A stretch of DNA of 59,334 bases, counting the filler, from Catajapyx aquilonaris (lineage: Eukaryota), in assembly GCA_000934665.2 (NCBI GenBank). It is 2 parts of 2 records of this genome, joined end to end, with 100 filler letters (N's around TTAATTAATTAA, not from the genome) between each part and the next. Parts side by side here need not be neighbours in the genome. Positions count along the whole stretch, not along the records: positions 1 to 29,724 come from JYFJ02004781.1; positions 29,825 to 59,334 come from JYFJ02004782.1. One strand, written 5' to 3'. Shown piece after piece: positions 24,844 to 35,692 of this stretch. The position numbers and the translations under genes are program-made. Each line of letters begins with the position of its first letter. The first letter of the stretch is position 1. The notes below the pieces were generated by a model, which was given only the letters and a program-made list of their open reading frames with translations, was not told where the DNA came from and ran no database searches.

Positions 24844-25413
24844 TTACACCACTTCAATAATAGAAGCTCTCCCAAGACTCCGCCGTGACCCTACAGCCAC
24901 GACATCCCCATACGAAGGTGACCTCTGAGATCCAGTCACACTCCCGTAATCATCCAGCCTGTTCTTGATCTGTTCCAGTTCCCTGATCCCCGACTCTGAC
25001 AGCTCGTACTTGTGCACAACCAGCTTATGATGAAGGTGTATGGCAAACACGATGAACAGGATCAGTACTGGAAAGATGACGACCGTGGCTGCCCACGCGG
25101 CCACTATGGACATGTCATAGAATTGCACCCAGCACAACAAGGCCAACTCGCACAGGAACAGGAAGGTACCCAGCACGATAGACGCTGCCCAGGACACCTC
25201 GATGAACCAGCGCAACTTCTCATGGGGTGACTCATCCACAATGGAGATGGAGTGTAAGTTGGACACGGCCTCTATGTTGGGCAGGATGCAGGTGCTGATC
25301 ATCAGGGCGATCATGTGGACGGCCACCATCAGGCTGGTGTTGATGGCAAATGCGATGAACAGCCCTTCTGGCACCTTGGTGTCCTGGTTGATGTTCAGCT
25401 CAACCATGGCCAC
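24844..25413 (-). CDS. Orai: Orai (CRAC channel pore subunit), last coding exon (end of TM1 to C-terminus)
   Basis: VAMVE (E106-equivalent at 25399-25401), [40 protein letters not shown], TM4 Pro and LVVHK nexus; tail [15 protein letters not shown] resembles insect Orai. Acceptor ...ctaag|GTG. Confidence 0.97.
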   Translation of the reverse strand: [189 protein letters not shown]

Positions 25414-25467
25414 CTTAGATTAGATTTTTAAAATTTATTTACAAATTAATTAAGAAAGTACACCAAC

Positions 25468-25711
25468 CATTGCAAATCCGGACATCAGAGCAGAGGTTTT
25501 GTCGATAGTCTTAAGTTTGACCCTGCTTCGGTGCAGCCTCCTCCAGGCCAGAAACGAGGGACTTCCAGGGTTCTCCGCTTGTTGCTGCTTGTGGGTGCAG
25601 TTGGTGCAGCATTGTGGTGGACCAGCTTCAAGATGAGCGGGTGTTGGCGGTGGTGTGGATGGAGCGGAGGAGGTGGATGGGAATAGGGAAGGGCATGAGC
25701 GATGGTGTGGT
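25468..25711 (-). CDS. Orai: Orai, preceding coding exon (N-terminal ETON region and TM1); 5' boundary uncertain
   Basis: Encodes [28 protein letters not shown]. Donor ATG|gttggt opens a 54-nt AT-rich intron (25414-25467). The 5' boundary is taken at a strong acceptor (ccctctcccgcttcgtcttcag|), but the frame stays open to an ATG at 25932. Confidence 0.85.
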
Positions 25712-26297
25712 CTGAAGACGAAGCGGGAGAGGGACAGGGAGTATACCATGGCTGTGTAGAGGAGAAGAGACAACTGGGAACCCCTGATGTGGCCAGGGTG
25801 GGAGGGAGGGTTGGAGAGGAGCCTTTTGTATGCAAAGTGTCGCACGTCAGAGCCAAAAGACAAACAAGTCTCACACGCCTTAATTTTCGGTGCGTTAGTT
25901 TGCATAGTCATGAGGAACATATAAGCGAGCATGATTCGGAAGGTTGAGGAAGGAATACATAATGCGCATTGTTATATCCTGCGGTGTTGGGGCCTTTGTC
26001 CACAGGGATGCAAAACCATCAAAGTGTAACTTGCACATTTGTTTATGCGGTTTATGGCATGACAGTCTGAATCCGCAGAAAGGTTAGGTAGGTTAGGTAG
26101 GTTAGGTATTCTATTCGAGAGGGTCATATCTTTTTCCTCATTGGCATCGTCGTCGCAAGAAGGCAGGACGAGGGCTGGAGAATCTCCAGCACCCAACAAT
26201 GAGGTGTGATAAAAAGACGGCTGGCCACATGTTAGAATCGGGCCGCTCGATGCATATTATGATCCACGCATTGAAGAATGCATAGAATGAATAACTA

Positions 26298-26987
26298 TAT
26301 GAATAGTATAACAATAGAGCTAGGAGGATACTAAAGTTGAAGTTAATTTGACAGTTAACAACTGAAATAAATACTATTATACTTTGGGCAGCGAATTTCT
26401 GTGGGGTCAGGCAAAGATTGCTGAGACGTGAATTTTAATAATGAACCTGAGGGACCACACAAACCCAAAACCTGTATTAACAATAATTGCAAAAAAAAAA
26501 AAAAAAATCTACCGCGGAATTAAAAAATATTTATAATCCCATGCAGATTTGTAATTTTCTGTGCATTTTCGAATTAAGGAATTTTAAATCCATTTTGCAT
26601 TAATCGAATTGAGATTTTCATCGTACTGAGTTCTAAATAAACCACATTATCACATTTTAATTTATTAATAAATAACACCGTTAAATCTGAGTGTCACAGA
26701 GGTGTATCATTTTTGAAAAAAAATCTGTTAGCAATAAATATATTTTAATTCCGTGGTAGATATTTTGTAATTAATTGTAATCCTGGTTTTGGGTTTGTGT
26801 GGCCCCTGAGGTTCATTATTAACATTTTTACATCCCGCTAAGTAAAAAATAGACGTAGCGGAAGCAATCTTTGCCTGACCCCACAGAAATTCGCTGCCCA
26901 AAGTATAATATGATTTATTTCAGTTGTTAACTGTCAAATTAACTTTAACTTTGGTATCCTCCTACCTCTATATTGTTACTATTCATA
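26298..26987. mobile_element. Foldback/MITE-like element with long imperfect inverted arms
   Basis: About 26298-26535 is the reverse complement of about 26735-26987 (e.g. tttgggcagcgaatttctgtggggtcaggcaaagattgct). AT-rich, no ORF, TSD unclear. Confidence 0.75.
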
Positions 26988-27330
26988 ATCCCTATTAATA
27001 AAGGAGAAAGTTTGTACCAAGTGGTTTGTACATAATTATGTCTTAATGTATGTATGTCACGCCTAATTAAGCCACTTCCCGGGCACGGAGAGCCATGTCT
27101 TACATATCACTGACCCCGAGAAAAGTCCCGAACCCGAACTTTTTTGGGTCTAACGGGGGTTTTCAGCAGATTAAGCAATTGCCTAGCAACCCTCGCTGTC
27201 AACAAGCCCAAAAGAAGGATCTGCCTCTCTCACTCATGTTCTACAATAATCAACATTGCATAATTATTCAACAATGAAAACAATGGAACAACGGGAAGGT
27301 TGGCAAGAATAATAATTGCAGTACACGTAG

Positions 27331-27478
27331 CAAGGAGGTAATCACTTCGGTACTCCGGTGTACACCTGGGAGTAGTACTCCCTGGTACTCCTCAGTCACC
27401 TCACTCTTTATTACTCCGTGGTACTCCTTGAATTTGGTACTCCAGTGTACACTTTTCAGTCGAGTGATTACTCCCTTC
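27331..27478. mobile_element. MITE related to 31288-31386
   Basis: Perfect 8-bp TSD acacgtag (27323-27330, 27479-27486) and imperfect TIR CAAGGAGGTAATCAC / GTGATTACTCCCTTC. Shares TCCAGTGTACACTTTT with the 31288 element and has internal GTACTCC repeats. Confidence 0.75.
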
Positions 27479-28140
27479 ACACGTAGGGTATTGTAACAAT
27501 AATTAACGGTTGGAGTACTTCCGGGAGTGCCGAGATCAACAATACCGAACAATACAGTACTGTACGGTGCATATCGATAGAACCTGCCACAAGGCACCAG
27601 TAAACACAGAGGAAAGAAGAGCAGGTTACGTTCGTGTGTTTGGTCTCATCAGAAGTGTTGAAGTGATGCGTTCATGTTCAGATTGTGTTATCATAAAAAA
27701 AATTAAATTCTGATACAAAATTTTCAAATGTAATTTTAAAACCGGGGTTAATGCGAAACGACGTAAAATGGAGCGGCGTAAAACGGGTACTTCCCGCATG
27801 GGAAATCTTTCTTGGCCATTTCTCAACCAGCAAGCTATAATAATTTCCACGTTATCACAATTTTTCAATTTAAAAATTTTATGATTTCATTTTCAAACCG
27901 GCGTTAATGTGGAACGGCGTAAAATGGAGGGGTGGAAAACGGGTACCTATACTGTATTATTTTGATAATTGGACGGTGTTATGCAATAATGCGTCAACCC
28001 ACGCGAGACCAGTTTTGAGAAAAAGGGCTTTGAAGGTCATACCTGTGAAATTAATTCAGTGTTCTTTTCGGTCATTTATGGCAGAAGTATGCACATTTCA
28101 CCTGCGTGATTTTAACTGAATGAAGTAGGATTCTTTAGGC

Positions 28141-28357
28141 CAGAGGTTCTTAGCCTGGGGTGCCCGCACCTCCAGGGGGTGCGAGGTGGCTTCCCTGGGG
28201 GTGCGAGCAAGGTGAACCTCTGGACTTAATCTAACCAAGAGCTAATAACTGGTCTAACTATGAACGTAATCAATGACCCCTGGTAAAGGGGGTGCGACAA
28301 GGACCAATATATTGTCTGCAAAGGGGTGCGGAGGTCCTAAAAGGTTAAGAACCTCTG
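28141..28357. mobile_element. hAT-type (Charlie/MER5-like) MITE
   Basis: TIRs CAGAGGTTCTTAGCC / GGTTAAGAACCTCTG, 8-bp TSD ctttaggc / ctttaggg (7/8), internal GGGGTGCG repeats. Confidence 0.85.
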
Positions 28358-29724
28358 CTTTAGGGGTGTATTCCTGGGCTTGGCTCAGTTTTGACATTTT
28401 TGTGGGTTGACCCATTATTGCACAGCACTGTCCAATTTTCCCTCCGCTTTCGATCACTTATGTGTACGTTGACTGACACCAAGTTCAACATATGTACCAG
28501 ACACTAAACACGGGTTTGCTGCTATAAATTAATTAATTAATAACATATTTTGATAATCTACGTATGTAAGGCAAAAAAAATATCATTTGTTTGCCTGTGG
28601 CAACAGAATTTTGTTGGTGATTACCATAGAAACAGGCCTGTAAATGGTTTCAAATTTTGCACTTCCCCCAATTTTTTTATCCAAATTTTTTTATGTCCCC
28701 TCCACCCAATGTATCTCCACCTTGCCGTGGTGGTGGGCTTTCGTTTTCCCATGATCCTGAAGAGCTATGCCGGCGGTAGTTTCGTCTACTGGTAGGGCCG
28801 CCCAAGTTATTGGACAGGTCTTTGGGATAGGAGACAGACTAAGAGAGATACCAGTCTTTCCTCTCTTCTTTTTTTCCTCTTTGTTTCTCTCTCCATCTGT
28901 CCCACCTTTTGGTTTGGGTGCAGTTTAGAGCCGCAAAAATCTTGCAGGTTTCTATACATTTTCTGAATCTACTCGATGAGCTGAGTCGAATGACACTATT
29001 CCTAGTATGCGGAAATGTTTGGTTCAAGAGTAATTGAATTTTGAAATTGCATGTAATAACAATGAGTAAAATGAAAGTAAACAAGTGTTCCTTTGTTGAG
29101 ACTGTTCACTCCCATTGTTGCGTCAGGTGATACTCCGTGGAAACGTGAGAGATTTCATGGAAACGTGCTGTGAGGGATGCTGAATGATGTAAATTAACGG
29201 TTGTTCTTGGTTCGTTGGACATAGAACGAGAGTGTAGGAGTTTAATTTAACATCATTCAGGAGCGTCCATGGCCGAGGCATTGCATCGGTGCTTATCAGG
29301 AATAATTGGGCAAGCCTTCCTGGAAGTAATGAGGGAGGTTGCTTGGTATCTCCTGGGCCACTGCTCGAGGCCTCTTGCCCGCCAACAAGTGTTGCCGTAA
29401 AAGGAATCCTAAGCTTTTACTCAAGGCATGCCCCACTCTGATTGTGTTGGTGTTATCTGTGAGGCGTAGGTGTGACCGCACCTGTACTGTCCGTCTTGTG
29501 GCCCTGCCAGGCACGGTACGTCGCCTGTGCGTGATATTTTTAGTTTTTGCGGAGCGATAGCGGAGCTGGGCGCTTATTGTGGGTTTCTGTGTCCGCAACA
29601 TTTACTGTCCGTCTTGTGGCGCCGCAGGCCAACGAACGTTATTGTGACTTTGCCACACCCACATCACGCAACACCCACATCTACGCCGCCACAATGCGGA
29701 CAGTGATGCTAGCACATACAACCC

Positions 29725-29824
29725 NNNNNNNNNNNNNNNNNNNNNNNNNNNNNNNNNNNNNNNNNNNNTTAATTAATTAANNNNNNNNNNNNNNNNNNNN
29801 NNNNNNNNNNNNNNNNNNNNNNNN
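29725..29824. other. Artificial 100-nt contig-joining spacer
   Basis: Exactly 44 N + TTAATTAATTAA + 44 N. The 12-mer places stop codons in all six frames. Confidence 0.95.
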
Positions 29825-31287
29825 AATGGCCGTGGGTACGTCACAGTTCTGAGAAGAGAAGAGGGTGGTGGGAGGTGACGTCAAAAAACCGGCTCAGCGG
29901 CTAGTGAGCCAGCCATACTAAAAGCAACTCTTCAAGCGGCCGTGGTGAAAATCGCATGCATACCCTGCACTAATCCCTTCTGAGTCAGGGGGGGGATTAG
30001 TGCAGGGCATGCACGCGACCTTCACCCTTACTAGTTTTGGAGCTAGGGTGTTTCTCCTTGGGACGTACGTATAGCTGACTATAGCGTTGTGTAAGGACAT
30101 AAGAGGCAGGGTGGGGTCCGTTATTGTTTCGGGGTGTGGACCGAGGGCAAAAAGCAAGTTGGGTTAGAGAGAAAGGGAAGAGAAGAGGCGTCGGAAGGTT
30201 AGTTTCTGTGACGCGTTCCCATTTGGATCCCGGAATTGAATCCGGGCCGTGGGGCGGGCTTTTTTCTGGCGGCGGCCGAAAGAAAAGTTGGTTAGGTGGG
30301 AGCAGCAGGCCGGAACAAGAGGAGGAGGTGGCGGAAGAAAGGAAGAGGCAGGGTTGTGGGGAGAGGATGGGGGGGAGGGGGAGGAAAAGGAGAAGATATC
30401 TCCCGGGGACGGATGCAGGCGAAGCCGCTTCTTGCCCACCTTCCACTTCTGGGAATAAAACCTAACACATTACATGGGAATGCTCTTTCTTTCTAGTACG
30501 TTCCTATGTACCGCCTTTTCGCACACCCTGTAGATTCCACCCACCGCTCTTTTATAGATCTGCAATTCTGCAGTTTGCACCTACTCTGTTTCCCTGCTCC
30601 GGTTTTGCAATTCTAAAGCGCATTATAGGCGCGTTGGAATATTAAATTTACAGCGCGACATTATTGGGCGTGTATTAACATTGGCGGTTGCCTGGAATGC
30701 CACCCGCGGCACGTATTTTTGCCTGCATTGAATATGGACAATATTTGACTAAAGTTGGGCCTCCCTTATTAGCGAATAATTTTTTTGGAAGGCACAACTT
30801 GTCGCCATTCGAAACGTGTCTTGTGCCGTTAGGCAAATGTCTTGCTTCCTTACCATAGGCAGCTGTGCAAGTTGGAACCTCGGTCGCCAAGTTGAGGCGA
30901 ACTTGTTGAATCTGATTTGCAGAGAGGCTTGCAAACAGCGCCCGGGTGAGGGGGCTGCTACTGGAGGAGGGCTGCTGAGGTCATTTGGAGAGCAGCAGCA
31001 GGCTGACTTGGAAGGCCCCCCCAGCCCTTTGGCTTTTTGATTCCTTGTTGACTCTGCGGATTAGCGGTGCTGGGGCTGGGGGAAGGCGACAAGTTTGATC
31101 GGGGGACAGGCTTTGAGACACTCGCGCCACTAGCGGGGGAGAAGAAACCGCCGGCCTTGAAGCTAGCCCACCGACCCACCGACTAATGAGCCAGACTTAG
31201 TAGGCAAAGGAGTCAAGCATGTTTCGATTAGGGTGGGGATCAGTACGTTGGCCGATTGGAGGCGACCCCGATGAAAGCTGGGAAGAC

Positions 31288-31386
31288 CAAGGGGGTATTC
31301 ATTTCTGGTGATCCGCGGTGATCCCAGGTAATCCGGTGCTTTTGGTGATCCAGTGTACACTTTTGTGAGGAGTGAATACCCCCTTG
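31288..31386. mobile_element. 99-bp MITE (P- or hAT-like)
   Basis: Perfect 14-bp TIR CAAGGGGGTATTCA / TGAATACCCCCTTG, perfect 8-bp TSD gggaagac, internal GGTGATCC repeats. Confidence 0.88.
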
Positions 31387-34300
31387 GGGAAGACAAATGT
31401 TCAGCCAACGTTTTACTCTACTGTTAATTTAATTTTAATGTTTTTAAAGGCGGGTTTAGCAGTAAATACTTTTGATTGCGACTGTACTCTGCGGCCAACT
31501 TCATCCTGTCATCATGGCTTCCCGGCGAACAGGAAAGGCACATGGGTGTCTCTGCATAGTCAGGATAAATGTCGGCTTGTGTGACAGTTACTATTATATG
31601 AACTGTAAGCTTACATTGTCAACTTCCAGTGTAATCTTGTAAATTGAATCCCACAGATCCCATCTATGCTACTTGAAAATGTCTACAATGTAAGCGCATT
31701 AACATTGTACTTGACTTGTGCCACCTGAGGTCGCAAAATTCTTAATAGGCACTGACGACAATAAAACGGTGGGTGGCAAGAAATGGTACTAAATATTGCG
31801 AGCAAAAAATAGGGTCATGATGACAGGAGGGCGGGGCAAGTAGCATCAGTTTCCAGCAGGAAAGGAGGTTGTGGCTGGCTTGGGGGTTCATAAAGCAATG
31901 AGCCGGATTGTAAATCAGAGAGGTGGATGGGCGCTGAAACGCAGTGATCATGAGTTGGGCAATCTGCATGGGGCTAAAAAGCGCCTCTGCCGGGCGCTGT
32001 CAAACCCGGAACCGCCCTTTTTACTGCGTGTAAAAATTGAAAATGAGGCAATCAGTTCCCGGCTGAAAAATGTTAAGCAGCCTTTGATGAGCTCTATATG
32101 AAAGCATTGTGGAGATCGCACCGTAACTTTTTCTTTAACGATGTCATCCAGTTGGCAGGGGGGCTGCTGTAGGAAGGGAGGGGCGGGAGGGAGGAGAGAT
32201 GGGAATGGGCGCGGATAATTTATGAATCCTTGGCGGAGACGCGCGGTGAGACGGAGCAAATATGGCTGGGATCAGGAGACGCCATCCCTCTTGCCGCAAA
32301 TCCGCCTCCAATTGCCATCCGAATGGAGCCTCCAAATGCTCCCAGCTCCTCCTACGGGATCCATGTGTTTTCCTTTTCACGCTATCCAACGGCCGGGGAG
32401 GGGGAAACTGGGAGGAATTTATTCTTCCAGGACTTGCTTGCGTAAAGCACCAACTTTTTCGCTCTCGTGGAAGCTAGTGTTTCGCCTTCAGGAAAATGGA
32501 AAATGTACCTCTTTACATAATGCATATACACCTGCTGATTTATAGGGCTGGAGAAACTTGTGAATCCCTGTGACGTGCGGTCATTCCGCACGCGCCAATT
32601 CAAATGTCCCGGTCCAGCATGGACGACACGCCGGACATCTACCGCCTTGTTTGAGAAATCTATTGGTGACCGGAAAAACTTGGCGATTGAATTATTAAAA
32701 AGCCTAGGGCTTTTGGATAGCCCGGAAAATCTGTCGCCAAGTAGGTTCTAGGGGTGAAGGTCCGGCACTTGTGCGACAGCATTACCGCAGGGCAGGAGGA
32801 GGGCTAATTCCGGGAGCGGTGGCCGGAAAAAGTGGGTTGTGCGAAAAACCGGGGAAGGGTCCAGCAGAAAAGGCAATGAGCTCGGTTTGCATTCCTTGCG
32901 GTTTCCGGGACCGGGAGTGGAAGTAAGCTGGCCTTACTATTTAGAGCTAGTGGGCAAAGTAATCGAGGATCATCAGGGAGCCAGTCTTGAAATTGCCTCG
33001 GAGGGCCATTTGCACCGGACCCTGCGATTCCGGGGGAGCCTTCCTCGTTATAATCCGGAATGGAATAATCCGGAGGCCGCAGCCTGGGCCAAGGGCGGGT
33101 GGGGCGTCCTACAAGATAGCCTCCCGACTGCTACAATTATGATTATTCCCACTCTTGGTTGGGGCGTGAATCAACCTAGTGGCCTTCCTACAGTGCGTAG
33201 CGTGCTGCAGTTTCTTAGCAGGGGTGTAATAAGAGGAGGGGCGGAAGCGAGTCAACATTAAGCGGTGATCCGTGGCCGAGGTGACGGTGGGCCGCCGCTC
33301 GTCGTAAAAGGCGAGAGGATATCAATCAGTGTGAAATTTTTATAGGCTTAATAGCCCATAAGATTTGGGGCCATAAAGGGCAGAGATGGTGCTTTTATGG
33401 GCGGACTAAGCAAGGAAGGTGGAACGGCGTGTGATGTCAGGATGAGTAGAATCGTAAAGGGCGGCTGTGTAAAGAGCCCCGAGACTCACTGCAGATGCGT
33501 CGACGGCTACTCTTGCCACCGATGCAGATCATCTACCTCTGCCCTTGAATGTTATTCTGTGACCAAAGGGGCTGGCTGTGCCGTATTCATGCCAAATCCA
33601 CACGTGTTGATGAAACATTCATACTTCCCATCAAGCTGGCTAATTGCACTGCAAGGTTGCAATCTCAACCTGCTGCACCTGTGCATTTTAGGCCGAATTT
33701 ATGAAACTGGAAATGATCTGCTCTCTCTCTCTCTCTCAACGGTAGGTCGGTCCAAAAGTGCCATCATTAAAAATAATGAAGGGAGGATCCGCACGGATGT
33801 AAGGGGGAAAAATCAAATAAAAATAAATTCTCCGCCATGTATCGGGGCCCGGCCATTAAGTGAGGGCCCATCATCGGCGAAATTCCATCTTGGTTTTTAA
33901 TACCCCAACTAGCGCCCAGATAAAAATCCTAACCATCTGCAAAGGGAAACGAGACTTGCTTCTGGGCTCGTAATGAGGCGAGGCAAGTACACTTTGAGCG
34001 CTTAATGGCTTTCTCCTCTGGAACTGCAGATCCAGCCTCCATCCAGAACCACATTCTGTACAGGAGGTACATCATTGCCTTATGGGTGGCGCCTACCCAG
34101 AACATGCCGCACTTTACCGTTATTAGCCTTTAGATATGACCCTCATTTCTTGTCACTTTTGCACTTTGCGTCGTCCATTACAGATGGCGGCAAAATTAAA
34201 TGTGATGTACTATAGTATCCGCCACTATAGTATGTGGTTGATAACAGTATTGAGTTCTCTCAAGCTCTCAATTACAATGAATTTTAAATTGTGACACATT

Positions 34301-35507
34301 GCAAATGTGGCAAATGGTTGGCACGCAATACAGCATGTGGACATATATTGCACACCTAACATTGAAACTTAATATCGAAAATCGCACACGATGTAGTTTG
34401 AATCATATATTCAGAAAATATTGATCGGATGTTGGATATGTCAAATATTGCATTCCCATGTTGCACGTCATATCTCCACGGTCAGTATTGGTTCATGGAA
34501 AAAACATCGCCAGCATAACATCATTCGGACAAATGTGGACAGTTTTTTATGCCCCCAGGCGAATATCATGGCGATAATTATCCCAAATAATGTTTCATCC
34601 ATGCCCTGACCATGTTTTACAGCCGATGTTATTTTCCGGACACCGTGCAATATTGGTCCTGTTTTTCCCGATCTGAATGTCTGGAGTGTGGGTTTGTGGC
34701 CTGCGTTTGCCAGGGATTCAAAGTCCCCTGAAGCATCGGTATGGGGGTGTTATGACAGTATTGTACAGTGTGCTCCACTTGTGGCTCGCGTCGATTTCCA
34801 TTTTCCAATCGGAGAATGCATATAAAGTTGTCGCCTTCTCCTCAGTTTGGAGGAAATTGGCGTGTTTTCTTTCTTATTGCATTCCCGTGCCCATAATCAT
34901 ATTGGATTCCTCTTAGCCTCTCGCACTACGACGAATCGAGTTTTCAATCTTCTTTTCCGGCAATAACATCACTCGCAAGCAGCGGATTCCTCCTCCTTCG
35001 AGCGAATAATTTGCACTGCATGACAACTCCCACGTCTTTCTCGCCTCCGCCATTTTTTTTCCTTCAAAAATTCCAGAACGGAGAGAAAATGGCGTCATTG
35101 TCGTTGAACGATGAACCAGGAATAAAAAGGCGCACCAACGGGGTGGCAAATTTGGGAATGCAGACGTGATATTGGCAGCGGCATCGACAAACTCGTCCGA
35201 AGGGAATTGGGCGAGGTGGACTTGTGTCGTCGGATGCTGGTTTTCGGACGCACTTCGCCTGCGGCCTCCCCAGCTTTGACAGGCGCCGGACACTTGGGTA
35301 ATCAACTGTCTATCAGCTGCCACTTTTATTTCCCCGACAACAGTAATTGGCTTACGTGCTGCCGAAAGGCGTCCGTCCAACCCTAGACTTGGGGAGATTA
35401 TCCCGAGACAAAATTCGGGACTTGCAAGTATACCGTGCGCAATGCCAAATTCTCCACCAAAGTTGGCTTGACCATTGTGTATTTACTATTTATAAGAACA
35501 CCAGCAA

Positions 35508-35692
35508 CCCCACGCTGGGCGCCAATGTAGCGTACCCTGCACGTGTCAATTGGCGCCCAGCGTCCCGAGGATTGAACCCAGTCCCCTACTCTCATAATAC
35601 TATCGACGTTTTCCAACCATCGACCTATTTCTGTCAGATACAAATCCGTGGCCCATCCTTTATTTAGACATCCACATTATGCAGGTGCGACA
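35508..35692 (-). mobile_element. Putative tRNA-containing mini-LTR remnant with tRNA-Lys-type primer-binding site
   Basis: On the - strand: a TGT...ACA-bounded segment (35692-35526) with a degenerate A-box, an intact T-arm/B-box (CTGGG-TTCAATC-CTCGG) and a CCA end, followed by T+TGGCGCCCAGCGTGGGG. No second LTR or PPT was found. Confidence 0.4.

Noticed and set aside
26080..26108. TTAGG-containing repeat suggesting interstitial telomeric DNA
   Set aside because: Only three 9-bp AGGTTAGGT units, not a (TTAGG)n array.
30524..30545. ACCCTGTAGAT resembling the 5' end of miR-10/miR-993
   Set aside because: The match stops after about 11 nt and I see no precursor hairpin.
30845..31180. Minus-strand donor (ATG|GTAAGG) as a candidate upstream Orai exon
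   Set aside because: Joining it in the required phase creates TGA, and it lies across the artificial spacer.
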